Source: Roseburia sp. (GTDB lineage Bacteria > Bacillota > Clostridia > Lachnospirales > Lachnospiraceae). Taken from it: a stretch of 64,000 nucleotides of DNA. The stretch covers positions 51,553-115,552 of the forward strand of contig JBNMKM010000005.1 of NCBI GenBank assembly GCA_050874345.1, read 5' to 3'. Below are positions 63,598 to 64,000 of the stretch, piece after piece. The notes under the pieces were generated by a model. That model did no database searches and was not told the origin of the DNA. It worked only from the letters and a program-made list of their open reading frames with translations. The translations under genes were made by a program, and so were the position numbers. Every line of letters starts with the position of its first letter. Positions within the stretch are counted from its first letter, which is position 1.

Positions 63598-64000
63598 GAA
63601 TGGGAAAAAATGCAGATGATGTGATAAAAAATGAATTATTTCCACCTTACATTTTTCTTGTGTATCTGCTTGTTTTATTACTTATGTCGGGATTACATAC
63701 CGGAATGATTGTTGGAATGAACGTATTGGACTGGCCGGATATTTGGCAGACACTTCTGACAATCCTGTATTGGCTTTTTGTTGCTGCGGGAATCACGCTT
63801 TTTACAAGAAGAGAAATAAAAAGAACGTATGAGGAGCCGCTTCATAATCTGGCAGAAGCAGCAGAGAAAGTTGCTGCGGGAGATTTCTCTGTGTATGTTC
63901 CAACGGTTCATACGGCGGATCATATGGATTATATGGATGCCATGATTCTTGATTTTAACAAGATGGTGGAAGAACTTGGAAGCATCGAAACGTTAAAGAC
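63594..64000 (+). CDS. sensor histidine kinase, N-terminal part (continues beyond the window)
   Basis: ATGA overlap with the regulator gene. Two TM helices, then a HAMP-like segment PLHNLAEAAEKVAAGDFSVYVP...DFNKMVEELGSIETLK. The frame is open to the window end. Confidence 0.75.
   Translation, partial: MRMGKNADDVIKNELFPPYIFLVYLLVLLLMSGLHTGMIVGMNVLDWPDIWQTLLTILYWLFVAAGITLFTRREIKRTYEEPLHNLAEAAEKVAAGDFSVYVPTVHTADHMDYMDAMILDFNKMVEELGSIETLK

Noticed and set aside
1-64000. CRISPR arrays, tRNA/rRNA genes, IS elements, integrases, prophage genes
   Set aside because: Scanning the intergenic regions and all ORF translations showed no regularly spaced repeats, no cloverleaf-sized conserved RNAs and no transposase, integrase or phage structural signatures. 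The only long exact repeat is the 85-bp dnaE duplication. The only tandem repeat is the 402-bp one in the surface-protein gene.

Overview
The window looks like chromosomal DNA from a low-to-moderate-GC Firmicute. Protein signatures and gene context (dnaE-pfkA synteny, LytTR/GHKL two-component systems, a chemoreceptor, many cytoplasmic glycosidases) suggest a gut Clostridia/Lachnospiraceae-type organism, but that is inference. All calls come from reading the ORF translations and the DNA by eye. No searches were run.

About 50 genes, mostly on the + strand:
- 1-11.8 kb, housekeeping: MATE pump (partial), patatin-like lipase, a MotA-loop/FliG_C-like protein, an RpoA-CTD-like protein, dnaE, pfkA, a SpoU/TrmH methyltransferase and an orphan PTS-EIIC-like permease. 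A HEPN(HepT)/MNT toxin-antitoxin cassette sits between dnaE and pfkA, flanked by a perfect 85-bp duplication of the dnaE 3' end.
- 11.9-16.5 kb, signalling operon: small alarmone synthetase, degenerate-GGDEF/EAL phosphodiesterase, LytTR regulator and GHKL kinase.
- 16.7-23.8 kb: a lipoprotein-LemA-repeat surface protein operon, an ABC-F ATPase, an MCP and a small hypothetical protein.
- 23.8-38 kb, efflux/detox accessory stretch: three more MATE pumps (one behind a complex leader with a short uORF and terminator, two paired with MarR), AKR<>MerR-HD-GYP, and an AT-rich patch with two TetR regulators, an MBL hydrolase and a membrane-anchored esterase.
- 38.2-62.9 kb, rhamnose/rhamnoside block: AraC-rhaB-rhaA-rhaD, then AraC<>GPH symporter-GH2-GH1-GH43-TIM-barrel isomerase-like-GH78-GH3, a second LytTR/GHKL system, and GtrA-like plus a membrane-anchored GH3.
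- 63-64 kb: a 5'-truncated OmpR-type regulator and the start of its kinase.

I saw no rRNA, tRNA, CRISPR array, transposase or integrase.

Most noteworthy:
- the direct-repeat-bracketed TA cassette at the dnaE terminus;
- the stacked regulatory leader upstream of the MATE gene at 24.1 kb;
- the soluble MotA-loop/FliG_C fusion;
- the alarmone-synthetase/EAL/LytTR operon;
- the TIM-barrel enzyme and peptide-type two-component system embedded in the glycosidase locus.
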